A stretch of DNA of 64,000 nucleotides, from NCBI GenBank assembly GCA_964247055.1, contig OZ176051.1, positions 13,950,001-14,014,000 of the forward strand, written 5' to 3'. A program made the translations under genes and the position numbers. Each line of letters opens with the position of its first letter. Position 1 is the first letter of the stretch. The stretch comes from Paragordius varius. Its lineage: Eukaryota; Animalia; Nematomorpha. Below the pieces are notes generated by a model that ran no database searches, was not told where the DNA came from, and was given only the letters and a program-made list of their open reading frames with translations. This document shows, piece by piece, positions 23,608 through 35,040 of the stretch.

Positions 23608-25369
23608 TGTACGGTAAAAAGAAATAAAAATTAAAATATTGTTTTAAGCCAAATTTAAAATCTGTAATGAAAGCCTAAATCTTTTTTATTAATTCAAAAA
23701 AAAGAATCTTCGAAAACCAGATTAATATATTTTCTATCTAAGATCGTAGTTTGATTTATAATGAATAACAAAAACCTGATATGCTAGATAGGTTATTTGA
23801 TGTTTTCTTTTTTGCATAGGGTCGTAACCTTTTTTAGCAGATTTAGCCTCCATTTTTGCATTGTTTTGTGTCACATTTTTGGACAATGTTATATGAGCGG
23901 AACTTATGGCGTCATTAACATTAGCATTTTTAATTTGCACTAAGGAAGAAGGTAAAAAGTCAGTTTTTCCAGAATTTTTTACGTTTGAATTTAAGGTTTC
24001 TGATTCTGCCAACAAAAAATTTGCCATTGTTTGACGCTCATTTTTAGGCAAAAATTTGTTAATCTAAAGATATTATTTGATAATATATTAATCTACCTCC
24101 AATTCTTGATTAAAAGCATCGGGTGTAACATTAACAAGCTCCTTGTCGATCTGACAGTTTAAAAGTTAACAAAACTTGAAATTGTGCAGTGTTATTTTGA
24201 TTTTTTACAACCTCTTCGTGTTGGGATATGCCGAAAAAATCAGAGGTATCATCATTTGCAAATGCTTTATTTACATTTGATGTGGAGTATGTATGTTCAT
24301 CTTTAGGGTTTAAAGTGTTTAAGACCTGTTTTGGCCTTAAATCTGTTGTTTTGGTATTAATAACCCTTTTTTGTAATTTAGGTTGTGGTAAAAGAGATAT
24401 TAAGGAATTCTAACCTAAATTTGAAAACATACCTTTGTTTCATTTATTGGTGGATGTGAGTATTCCAAATTATCATTGTCAATATCCTGTTAAATTATGC
24501 TAATGTTTACCTTGTTTATGAGTTTTGGTGCTAAAATTTTACGTTTTTTTGATATAGTTGCGTTTTCATCGTCTGACAATGACAATGACAATAACACGGG
24601 GTGCACCCCTTTTTACGATTGGTGAACCAATTGTCAGAGTACCGTGAGCTATATAAGTATTTGGAAAAAACCTTTTAAAACTTTTTCTAATAAAATTTTT
24701 ATGATTGCAAATGTTTATATATATATATATATATATATTAAAATACTATTATGATAAATTTTTTACTGTAGGTTAGTGTTATTAAATTATTATATTAGAA
24801 ATAAAAAGGAATTAAAAAAAAATACCGTACATAACCTGCGCTTTGGAAAGGACATTATTGTTTGATCAGAGTTGTTGATAAGTGACAATAGTTTTAATTA
24901 AATGAAACGTTAACGACAAAAAACAATTATGATTTAACCGAGCAGACGATAACCCAAATAAAATTTATAAGAATTTATGATTAAAAGATTATTAAAAATA
25001 TAATTTAATAGAAAAGGGTACTTATCTTTGATTTTCCTGTGGCATAGGTACTGTTCCCCTAAACAACTGAAGTTTTACCAGTGACTCAACTTTTATTATA
25101 AAAGAATTCATTTCCGAGTATCGAAAAACTTCATCAGGGTAATAAGCCTCTTTGGATTGCATTCTTTACAAATAAGGAATCATCCATATCCCTAAAGTAT
25201 AAATATATAATATGTATTTGATGGTTCTGGTGTGTTCTTCTAATATTCAAAAGGCAGACGATTTCGACCGAATTGGGAAAAGTCAACACTCAGGAGCAAT
25301 GGATAATCTTAAAAAAAAAAAAAGTCTTTCATCGTCTGAATCTGATGAAGCCTCATATTGTACCAACAT
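22057..25369 (-). CDS. PRCC: Proline-rich mitotic checkpoint control factor PRCC (5' exon structure unresolved)
   Basis: Firm exons 22143-22057 (AKENEAMLQNQWASNKNARKQSRMKYGF*) and 24063-23776 (QKRKHQITYLAYQ). Upstream small exons give KKRKILAPKL..NSLISLLPQPK. The probable start MLVQYEASSDSDDE at 25369 could not be linked with confidence. Confidence 0.85.
22189..22405. mobile_element. MITE family E copy (PRCC last intron)
   Basis: taccatttacaattcaaattcaccct / agggtgaatttaaacggtaaatggta. Confidence 0.8.
22565..22760. mobile_element. MITE family B copy, ends eroded
   Basis: agggcaatttgcaac..ccatacac..aaattgccc arms. Confidence 0.65.
23360..23560. mobile_element. MITE family E copy followed by a (TA)n microsatellite (about 23565-23603)
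   Basis: taccattttcaattgaaattcaccct left end; right end degenerate. Confidence 0.65.
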
Positions 25370-25401
25370 TTGATTTGGTGAATGTAATAAAGATATTTGG
25401 C

Positions 25402-26437
25402 ATGGACATTGAAACGAGGGAAAAGTATAATTTAATATTTTTATTGCAGGGTAATTGGATTGTTTAAGAAAAATCTAAATGGCGTTTCTGATAAGGTTAT
25501 CAAAAAGAACTTTCCCGAAATCGATTCAAAAAATTTGGTTGAATTGATTAACACGCTTTTAACCGAAGGTTTATTAACGCTGCTTAAAACATCCAACAAT
25601 ACCATTTTATACAAATATAACTTCAATGTCAAGACTGACGAAGGAAATTTGGAAGAAACCGATGAGAAATTAGTTTTTAAAATTATAAAAGATTCGGGGA
25701 ATCTTGGAATATGGATTCGCGATATTCGTTATAAATCCAATTTGCTGTTAGCTCAACTCAATAAAATTATAAAAAGTTTGGAAAACAAAAAAATGATCAA
25801 ATCCGTTAAAACACTCTCAGCTTCGAAGAAAAAGTTATACATGGTTTATGATTTGGAACCTGATCAATCTTTAACAGGTGGAGCTTGGTATTCAGACCAA
25901 GAGTTTGAGGCCGAATTCGTTCAAATACTCAGTCAACAATGTATCAAATTTATCAATCAAGAAATTGACAACAGAATAAAACATTTTGTTTCTACTGAAC
26001 GCGTTAATCCACTTACATTGTATGTATCATCCCTGGAAATTCTGAAATATATATCTGACATTGGGATATCCAAAATACCACTCAAACTTTCGGACATTGA
26101 AACAATTTTGGATACCCTGATGTTTGATATGTTAATTGAAAAAATTACGCTATCCAAATCTCATATCAATCCATATCATCTGAATTATATCTTATCTAAA
26201 GTCGATACATCATCTCTCAAATTTGATAAATTCAATCTTTACAAACCGTTAAAGAGTTACTTTAAAAGCAACAGTCACGGTCCTTTTGTCGTGTTGAATG
26301 AACCCAATACCAATGAAGGCAAAATTAATGCTACATATGCTATCCCTTGCGCCACCTGCCCAACTTTGGAACCTTGTAGCGAAAAACAAAATGTTAATCC
26401 TATCATTTGCAACATTTTAGATAGATGGACAAAATAA
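25402..26437 (+). CDS. POLR3F: RNA polymerase III subunit RPC6 (RPC34/RPC39)
   Basis: Exon 1 25402-25424, 25-nt intron, exon 2 25450-26437. Motifs GNLGIWIRDIRYKSNL, KKKLYMVYDLEPDQSLTGGAWYSDQEFEAEF and the C-terminal Fe-S cysteines PCATCP..C..NPIIC..W. Confidence 0.97.
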
Positions 26438-27029
26438 ATGTTCACACACTTTGTGTCATTTAATTAAATAATATAGTTAATAAAGGAATATACACTGCTA
26501 TATTTGACAATTTTCCTGCATTTTCAACGATTTTAGTTCATAATAAAAATCTATGGTCATAGGTTAAGAAATTAATAATCCAAATTTTGAAAAATGTTTT
26601 ATTTCAATTTTTAGCGTTGCAAGTGTTTCATATTATCAAATAATCAGTAATACTGCAGCTTTCGGGATGAAATGGTACTGTTGTAAACACTTTATTTCAC
26701 CCTAAGCTTCATAATAACTCATGTTTAAATTAAGTTCGAGATTCTGTTTGATTTTTTCTCCCTCGCCATAAAAGTACAAGCACAGATTCACTAGCAGTTC
26801 GAACAAATGTGAATTTTTGCGGTAAATTTATATCTTTTTTTATTCAGTCTTCGATTGTTAATTCCAATCAAAAAGTTGAATAATGGCGCCTACCATATTC
26901 ATCATTATTACTTACGAGTATTACTTAAAAATGTTTGGCGTAGACTACCTTAAAAGGTTTAAACATTTTTAAGACTTTCATTACCATTTCACTTTTTTTT
27001 ATCTAGTTTACATGATGGGTAATTTTATT

Positions 27030-27370
27030 TCCCCAGAGCTTAATTTTGTAAATAAACTACAGTTTTGAAAGTTGTTTTAGTTAAAATTTTAATTATCAAA
27101 CATTTTTCACGTCTATTAGATATAAAAGCTTATATTTTTTACAGTTTTGTCACTTCTAGCGTCTAGGGCTCCAAAACACGATCGAAACGAACAGCTGATA
27201 TGAAAATTAATATATATCAAGTTTTTTGGTAAAAATGTAGCATGAAAGCTTTTGAAAGTTGCTTATCTTTATTTTATAAACCTAATATTCATTTATTTAC
27301 CTGTTGCATTTGCGATGGAAAAAAAATTTAAAAAAATGTGGATTTATTAGATATTTTACATCAAAAAAAT
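27030..27370. repeat. Dispersed repeat also at about 36170-36560 and inside the piggyBac-type element (about 14220-14500)
   Basis: Shared ccccagag..aattttgtaaataaactacagttttgaaag..aattatcaaacat and atttacctgttg blocks. Confidence 0.6.
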
Positions 27371-28524
27371 TTTTTTGTATAATGCGTCTAAAAGTCTATA
27401 GATTATGATTAGGGTAAACCATATCAAAATATCGTAAAAGAATTGATCTATCCAATGTATATTAAAGTTATTAATTTTATTTTACAATTTTATATTTAGC
27501 AGTTATGTTTTGGAATGTCATGTTTGCCATAGGCTTTTTATAGTTATTAAATATTTAAAAAATTAGATTAAATTTGGTGTTTTAATATTTCGGGTTTTTA
27601 TATTTTCGACAGTTTAAATTTCTTAAATTACGTTTTGTATTTATCCCTAAAACGTTTCTTATTTGATTGATTAGGAAATTTGCAGTTTTCCCCCAACTCA
27701 TGCTTTGTAAATGGTATATCGAAAAAAATTTCGATTAAAAGCAATAATTAGTACAAAATGTGCCAGTATCTTATGCTTCAGTTTTTCTAAAATGCATTGT
27801 ATTTTTGATAAAATTATTTCATAGCCATAACTTTATCCACCTAAATAGCGAGTTCTTTTATGCAATATTTGACGAATACATCTCAATTTGAAAAAAGCTC
27901 TTTTTTACCATTTTTATAGTATTCACGTCCTAATAATCCAATCTCAACATATAAAAAACGAACATTTCCAGGTTGTCATTAGAATAATTAGTAAAAAAAA
28001 TATTTTGAAATCAGTATTGATCTCTCCAATGTCAATTTAAATTAATTATATTCAAAAATTTTATTACCTAATTGAAATGGCCTTTAAAATCGATATCAAT
28101 GTCTTAAAATATCAATAATTTTACAAATTTCATTAACTTTCTATAGTTTCCTTATTATTAAACAAAGTATGAAAATCGTGAAAATTCATGGCTAATATAC
28201 CATAGCAATTGGTATTTGCCGATATTCATGAATGCTAAGCCTTAATTTTAATAAAAGGATTATTATAGTATGGGTTAATAGACAACATAAATTAAGTACA
28301 ATAAAAGTATCCTAAAATACGTATAAAGCTCAATTTTGCATGATATTAATAATAATTTAAGAGTATAATAACAACATTATAAATACAGTATTGATTTTAT
28401 TTATTGATTTTATTGTTAATGCCTACTATCCTTTTACCTGTGTAATACAGGTGTGCACATTTAAATTTTTTTAACCATTTTCACCTTTTTGTGCAATTTT
28501 AAGTATTGGTTACTTTTTCATATT

Positions 28525-31500
28525 ATGAATTTTTTGTTGGGACGAAAACCAAACACCATAGATGAGTTTGTAGAGGAACAGGAAAATTCGATCGGCCAAC
28601 TTAAAGATAATATCTCTGAATACATACATTATTGTGCAAGGTATATATATACTTCATTTACAGTTCAAATTCACCCTTGAACAATTCAAATTAACCCTAA
28701 AAATAAATTATGTGTTTTCGATTTAATATAACTCATTATTGATATAAAATATATCTTTATGGCAAGTTTATTATTTTTTAGTATAATTTTGCTTTAAAAC
28801 AAAATTTTATTTTTTATAAATATATACAAATATAGGTAATTTTTAATCTTAAAAAACATATATATATATAATATATATATATATATTATTTGACGGTGAT
28901 TTAGAATTGTTCAAGGGTGAATTTAGATTGTTTAAGGGTGAATTTGAATTGTAAATGGTGTATATCGATTTATTTTGGCTCAGTAACTTATGCTAAATAA
29001 AATTGATTATAAACCTAGTAATTCCAATTTTCTACTTAAATTAGCACTTTAAATTAAGCAGCACTTGAATTATCAATCGTTGATCCTCATGTTTTATATT
29101 TCTTGAAAAAGTTCCTGTAATATTTTAAAATTTAATTGTTCATCTCCCCCATAAAAGTATCAGTAGGTGGATATTTTGAACAAGAGGAGGACCAAACTTA
29201 TAACATAAAGATACAAAAACAATAAGGATTAGCTTGGTTTTATTTTGGTCCCCGTTTAGAAAAGTCTTTGTAACTATATCATAATTAGCCGAAATCGAAA
29301 AATTGCATAATCCGCACACATTATGTTATATAATTTTTTTGGGTTAAAACTAAATGTTTAAAATAATTTGGATAGCTATTACATATTATAAATTGCGATT
29401 CAAAATCAAACACAGATTTTATAATTTTTTATGTATGCATCCTAAAATTGTGATGATTGATTTTTTACGCCCCTGAAGCCAAAAACCCTAGGTTGCGGAT
29501 ATTGAAATAATGACATATTTTACGATAAAAATCATTTTAAAAAGTTTGATTACATTCTAAATTGAAATTTTAGCAACATTTAATTATAATATGTATGATA
29601 TGGTATATTGTTAAATTAAAGACGAAGCAACATCTCAATATATACCTAAAATTTTTTGTTCTTATTTATTTAGCCTCTTTTTGTAGAATAACTTTTGTTT
29701 CCAAATTTCTGCCTAAATTTTTTCAATTTTTTCACTCATATTGAAAATCTGCTAAATTTTTGCAATAACATTTATTTATGTTACTTAACAAAAATAACTT
29801 TTTCATGAAATTCAATTTGTTTACATGGGATAATTTGTGATGATATCTTTCAATCCAGGTATCCAAATTTTGTGGTTCACCCTTGTATTTTTCGAGAATG
29901 ACGCTTGTGTAATTGTTTTATATGAAAAAATGTTTGTTTTTGCCTTCAATAGAGTACGCGATTGTCAAGATAATTTATCGACGTTTTTACAAAACGCCTT
30001 AGTCGATGAAAACGCCAATGCTAATATGGAGTGGCGCATGACTCAAAATTATCAAGCTAACATTGAATTGGAATATGGTTTAGCGGCCATCTCACAATTT
30101 TTCTCCTGTCTCGCTACGATGCAGGACTTTAAAGTAAGCAGTTGATAAAATTTGTTACGATAATTATTGCTTTATTTTTTACACCATTCCCGAAAATAGA
30201 GCATGGTTCGAAAATACAGTAAATAAGCATAACACTACTCATTAAGGTTCAAACAATAAAAATTTATAATTACACAAAAAAAATGAAAGCAAAATCGCGA
30301 TTGTTTTTTTCGAATATAACTCAATGTTAATAAAGTGCAAAGTATGAAAGATTGGAGTTAATTGGTAATATTCTAAATTATGTATTTTTTAAAATTGTAA
30401 AAATGGTTTATTAAGGGAAAATCATGGTTCAAAATTGTGTGGTGATTTCTTTTAAAAAATAATTCTCTTTATTTTTACGTTTTGTCTGCACATAATTTCA
30501 ATTTTTATTGTAAATAATCTGCTCGGATCGAATATTCGTGGGCTCAATAAACAGAGAACCGTATTTTCCTTACAGTTTTTAAATTTTTGATAAAAAAATA
30601 TATATTAATGTTCTCACCTTAATTTTATGAGGATAGTATTATTCATAAGTATCAGAAAATATATTATTTTTTATTTAGATCATATAGTTTTTTTATCCTG
30701 AATAAAGTGGATGGGTATTTTATTTTTAAAATGAAAAATAAACCCCCATCAATATCAGAAGAGCTGAATTTGAACAAATTGCTATGGAATTAGGAACTGG
30801 AATCATTTTAATCAAAATATATATATGATAACCTGAAAACTTAAGCAATCTTTTTAAGACTTATATGATAATAATAAATTAGTTAACACCTACGATATTG
30901 GTGTTAAGAATACACACCATATTTTTAATTTTTACGTTCCTTTATCTTAGATTGAGCGAATATATTGCCGTTTAAACAAGGTTTTGTCATACTACTTCAA
31001 TGAGATCCAAAAATTTCGGGTAATCTATATTTTTACCCACTTATTATATATTTGTATGTGTTAAAAGTGTTGCCAATTTTTTGCCTTGTTGAAAATTCAA
31101 TATAATTCATAGAACGGGGATTAGCACTATTAGCTTCCCGACGGGGCGCATTCCAAAAATATGTGGGCTTTAACAATCATTATTTAGAATTCAAACATAA
31201 GACTGTAAATTTCAAAAATATTATAACAGCATTTTCTAATTCGCGTTACTAAATAAATTGATGAACTAATTGGATAAATATCAATTTCTCTAATTTAAAG
31301 TTTTTTAGGGCAGCGTATCTTTGCATTTTAACTTTTAAAAAGGAATATCATAGCAAACCTACATGTTACATCAATTTTAAAATCGTTAATATTATTTTAT
31401 CAAGCGTAGCAAACCCCTAAAACTCGGGGAGAAAATGTACAGTTTCGAAATGGATTACCACATCCCCACATGGGAAGATCTCATCAAATCCCCGATTTAT

Positions 31501-33075
31501 TAAACTTCAAAATTAGGATTTTTCAAGTACCAATTCTCTATAAATTTTTGCAAAAAACATCAATTTAATTTTTTTAATTATATACTATATATACATGTTT
31601 TTTTAGAATATAGTGGAGGATTTGTTGAAAACTGAATTGTATTGTTGCCTGCAAAATTTAGGAAAATTATCAGAATTTATTAAAATCTACAACGATTTAT
31701 CCTCACGACAGGGTTCTGCCTACCTTTCAAAAAGAAACCAGGTATAAATATATATTATCTCTATGGGTAACAAAGTTTCTTAAAATATATTTTTATTTTA
31801 TCATTTTTCAGTCAAATTAAATAAATAAAATAAAGAAACTTTTAGGTTATTATACTCAAACAATAATATTACGAAAATTGAAATTATACAGACAAAATTT
31901 CTAAACAAGTTTATTTTAAAAAGACTCTCGACTTTTTTAAACTTGCAAATATGTTTCGTTGTACTAATGTATAAAACGGTCATGTGAATTGATAGTAAGT
32001 ATACATTGCTAGAAAGTTATTAATTATTGCCAAATAGTAACAAAAAAGGGCAGTATTATTCGCTTATAGTTATTTTTTTCATTTTTTACTATTATTAGCC
32101 AATAATACTGCTTGTTGTATTTACTATTAGGCAATATTTAATAACTTTCTAGCATTGTAAACTTACTCATACTGTAAAATTAAATGTATATTTAACAATT
32201 GTTTTTAAGTTAAGACGGGAATTTTGTTTTAAAAAACTATGGTTAACATTTGGAAAAAAAATATTTATCTTAAGTTTTATTTGTCTATTTAAATATTGAA
32301 TTTAAAATAATACCACTTTACTTAACCAATTAAAGTTTTCAAAACTCTCAAAATATCCAAGCTTTAAATGCTATGATATATGATAATGTTGTCTTTTTTC
32401 ATATTATCAGATTAATTATGACAAAGATACATCTTACAATAAATATCCACTTGATGTTGATAAAATACATCGTAAAACAGAATTTGAACCACATAAGGGA
32501 GCTTTTGTTGATGAACGACAACACGGTGGCCCTGATAACAGAAATTACATGATGATGGGAAACATGGGTTTAAATCCTCTCCAGAAATACAGTAAAAATT
32601 TAAATTACACGGAAAAAACTTAAAGACCACGACTATATATTTTTCTAAAAGACAACCACCATACTTTCAAAGATTTCATTTTTAATAAATATAAAGATAT
32701 GTATCTTTGTTTGAAATTGCAAAGAATGAGATCTGTATATTGATAATCCGAATCAATCAATTATATCTTTTACAATTGTTGTAACTATATATTAATTTAT
32801 ATGAGAATTTTTAACAAGCTATGTGTCAAACAAAGTTTATGGTTGCCTTAAAAATATGTGTCGTCTCTTTGCATTTTTACGTTTTATCCGTACGTATAAT
32901 TACATACTTTTGCGTAGGGTCGGGCCCACCTCTCTTTTCACCTCAAACGACACTACCTAGCTTTGGTCCGCCGCCTTTTTTGGGTCCCACACATTCAATG
33001 TACAGTCAAGGCCCTCAACAAATGATGCCAACGTTTCCAACATTTAATTTCCCCTCAGTAGTTTCAAGGAGATAA
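28525..33075 (+). CDS. FAM92/CIBAR-like BAR-domain protein with a proline-rich tail (256 aa)
   Basis: Five phase-consistent exons 28525-28640, 29953-30133, 31607-31741, 32411-32591, 32918-33075. YCARVRDCQDNL and LEYGLAAISQFFSCLATMQDFK resemble FAM92 KTARLRDKADLL and LKLGLMNFADEFAKLQDYR. The gene model is stronger than the family call. Confidence 0.6.
28646..28960. mobile_element. MITE family E copy
   Basis: ttcaaattcacccttgaacaattc / gaattgttcaagggtgaattt..gtaaatggt. Confidence 0.8.
31988..32174. mobile_element. MITE family A copy
   Basis: gtaagtatacattgctagaaagttatt / aataactttctagcattgtaaacttactcatactg. Confidence 0.75.
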
Positions 33076-33249
33076 ATGTATAATAGTACAATAGGCCCAC
33101 AAATCATAAATGAAAATTTATGTTTATTTCTATACCATTTTTGTCAATTGGTATAAATATAGTAATTTGTTCAAGTGCCTAAGATCATTCTCTGTTTATA
33201 TAACTAATGGACAGAACTTAACCTTTATTTAACCCGAAACATGCCTTCT

Positions 33250-33620
33250 TTAATGCTTAATAATAGCCTAAACTCGATTATATTTTAATAGATAAACTGC
33301 AAAAATATCACATCAGGTTTCTGTTATCTAGCTGAGGCTAGCTTCCATATTTTTAAACGAAACAGCTCGCGTTCGAAAGAGCCGTCGTTGGTCAATTGTG
33401 TAACGTTTAAAACGTGGCTGATTATTTTTTACCAATCATGATATGGTCTACTACCTCGTCTTAAATTTCTATTGGGTGAAAGTACCTGATTTTGTTGCAC
33501 CCTTTGTTTAGAGTTTTAATATGAGAGGATATTGGTGAGATTTGGTACAGACTATGTATGCTTTTATTTTGGTTGTTTGTTTTATCATTGTAGTAATAGT
33601 ATGTTAGACAGAGTTAAAGA
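33250..33620 (-). pseudogene. Possible RTE-LINE reverse-transcriptase relic
   Basis: Minus-strand LTNDGSFERELFRLKIWKLA resembles LT.DG..EKEI..RI..A; many stops. Confidence 0.4.
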
Positions 33621-33664
33621 TTTAGCCTTCCATTTCGCATAATTTATTTTCTATACAGACATTT

Positions 33665-34800
33665 GCTGGGGCAACCTGAGTAACGCAGACGGACACTGTT
33701 GAAAATATGGTTGTGCTGACCTGGTCATGACCCGGTCAGTGACTATTTATTTTTTGACCATGGTCATTTAAAATAACTGCTGTTTTCTGAAAAATTGCTG
33801 GTAAATTTTTTTTGGAGGAGAGATGGTAAGATAATTTGGTTTTTTGATATATTTTTTTAGAAAATATAAATTAAATATTTAAATTTGTTTATTCAACAAT
33901 ATAAAATAAACATGCACCAATACCCAGTCATCAAAAATAAAACAATCAAGCACTTTGCAAAATATCCAATTATTCCATATGTGTAATCCAATAAAATGAA
34001 AAATAATTTTTTGAATATTTCAATGATGAAAGAAAGTGTAAAACAAACTAGGTAAAATTTTATTTGAAATATCCAGTATAAAAACTATGTATTTGAAGAT
34101 AGGATATAAACATGTGGCAAAATTTATTTAAAAACAAAATTGTTAATAAAATTTCATTGAATATATTCGAAAATAATAAATATTAAAAAGTAAATACAAA
34201 CGTTTTAGAAAAAACATGACATTAATAGTGAAACGCAAGTGTCGTTCTAACATTATTTTCGCAATCCAATATCGAATGGTATTTACTTAGGTAAAAAGTG
34301 GTCATGACCATGGTCTGACCGAACATTTTTAAAAAGCAGTCAAATGCACAACCCTAGTTGAAAAGACAAACAATGATGAACATCAATTCATCAGGAGAAA
34401 ACTAGCTTGTGGGCGTAGTGGACAGATTGACTCTCTCTCATTTCCTTACAAAATACCACATTGCCTGTATATATTAACACACATGGTTTCTAAAGCGGGT
34501 TTATGTGGGCGCTATAACCAGCAACAAGATGATAATAACGATAATATAAGTCGCAGTCGCAAATCTTGTCTGAAAGGCATTTCTCTGGGCCGTAGGTTTA
34601 AATCTATAAACGGATTGAGAGATTCGACTTTTCCGACACTTTTGAGCTTGGTACAACAAATAAGGCACCATCTTCTTCGAGTTAAGAGATTGGCTATAAG
34701 AGCATAGCCTATAATCAAGCCTCATTATTTTACCAAACTGCATAAATGCATAATAAATTTAATGCTATTTAAAAAGTTATTTACACTTTTAAAATGTTTT
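33665..34800. repeat. Dispersed repeat copy 2, split by a hAT MITE
   Basis: Removing 33706-34364 restores colinearity with 16635-17130. Confidence 0.75.
33706..34356. mobile_element. hAT MITE
   Basis: Termini tatggttgtgc / gcacaacccta, subterminal ggtcatgacc repeats, perfect 8-bp TSD gttgaaaa. Confidence 0.85.
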
Positions 34801-35040
34801 TCTTTAAATACACTAATATTTACTAGACAGTGAACCAAATACCAAACTTATAAAGATATACTGTACAAATTGACATTATTTACAAATTTATTTTGTACAC
34901 GGTAAAAAATAATCTTGGCTTAAAGATGATTATAAATAATAAATTTATATTTGCATTATTAAAATTTGAGTTTGACTAGCGTTTTTTTCTCCAAAATCCT
35001 TTTTTAAAGCTCCCTTAAACAATTATATTATTATAGTAAA

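Noticed and set aside
25441-26157. Minus-strand ORFs 25441-25632 and 25957-26157
   Set aside because: Antisense shadows of POLR3F.
26680-26960. Possible pogo/Tigger transposase relic (TFMAREKKS), with a similar patch near 29140
   Set aside because: Only one short motif matches and the catalytic motifs could not be recovered.
34483-34743. Three overlapping ORFs in the dispersed repeat
   Set aside because: Reading frames are not clearly conserved with copy 1 and there is no recognisable domain.
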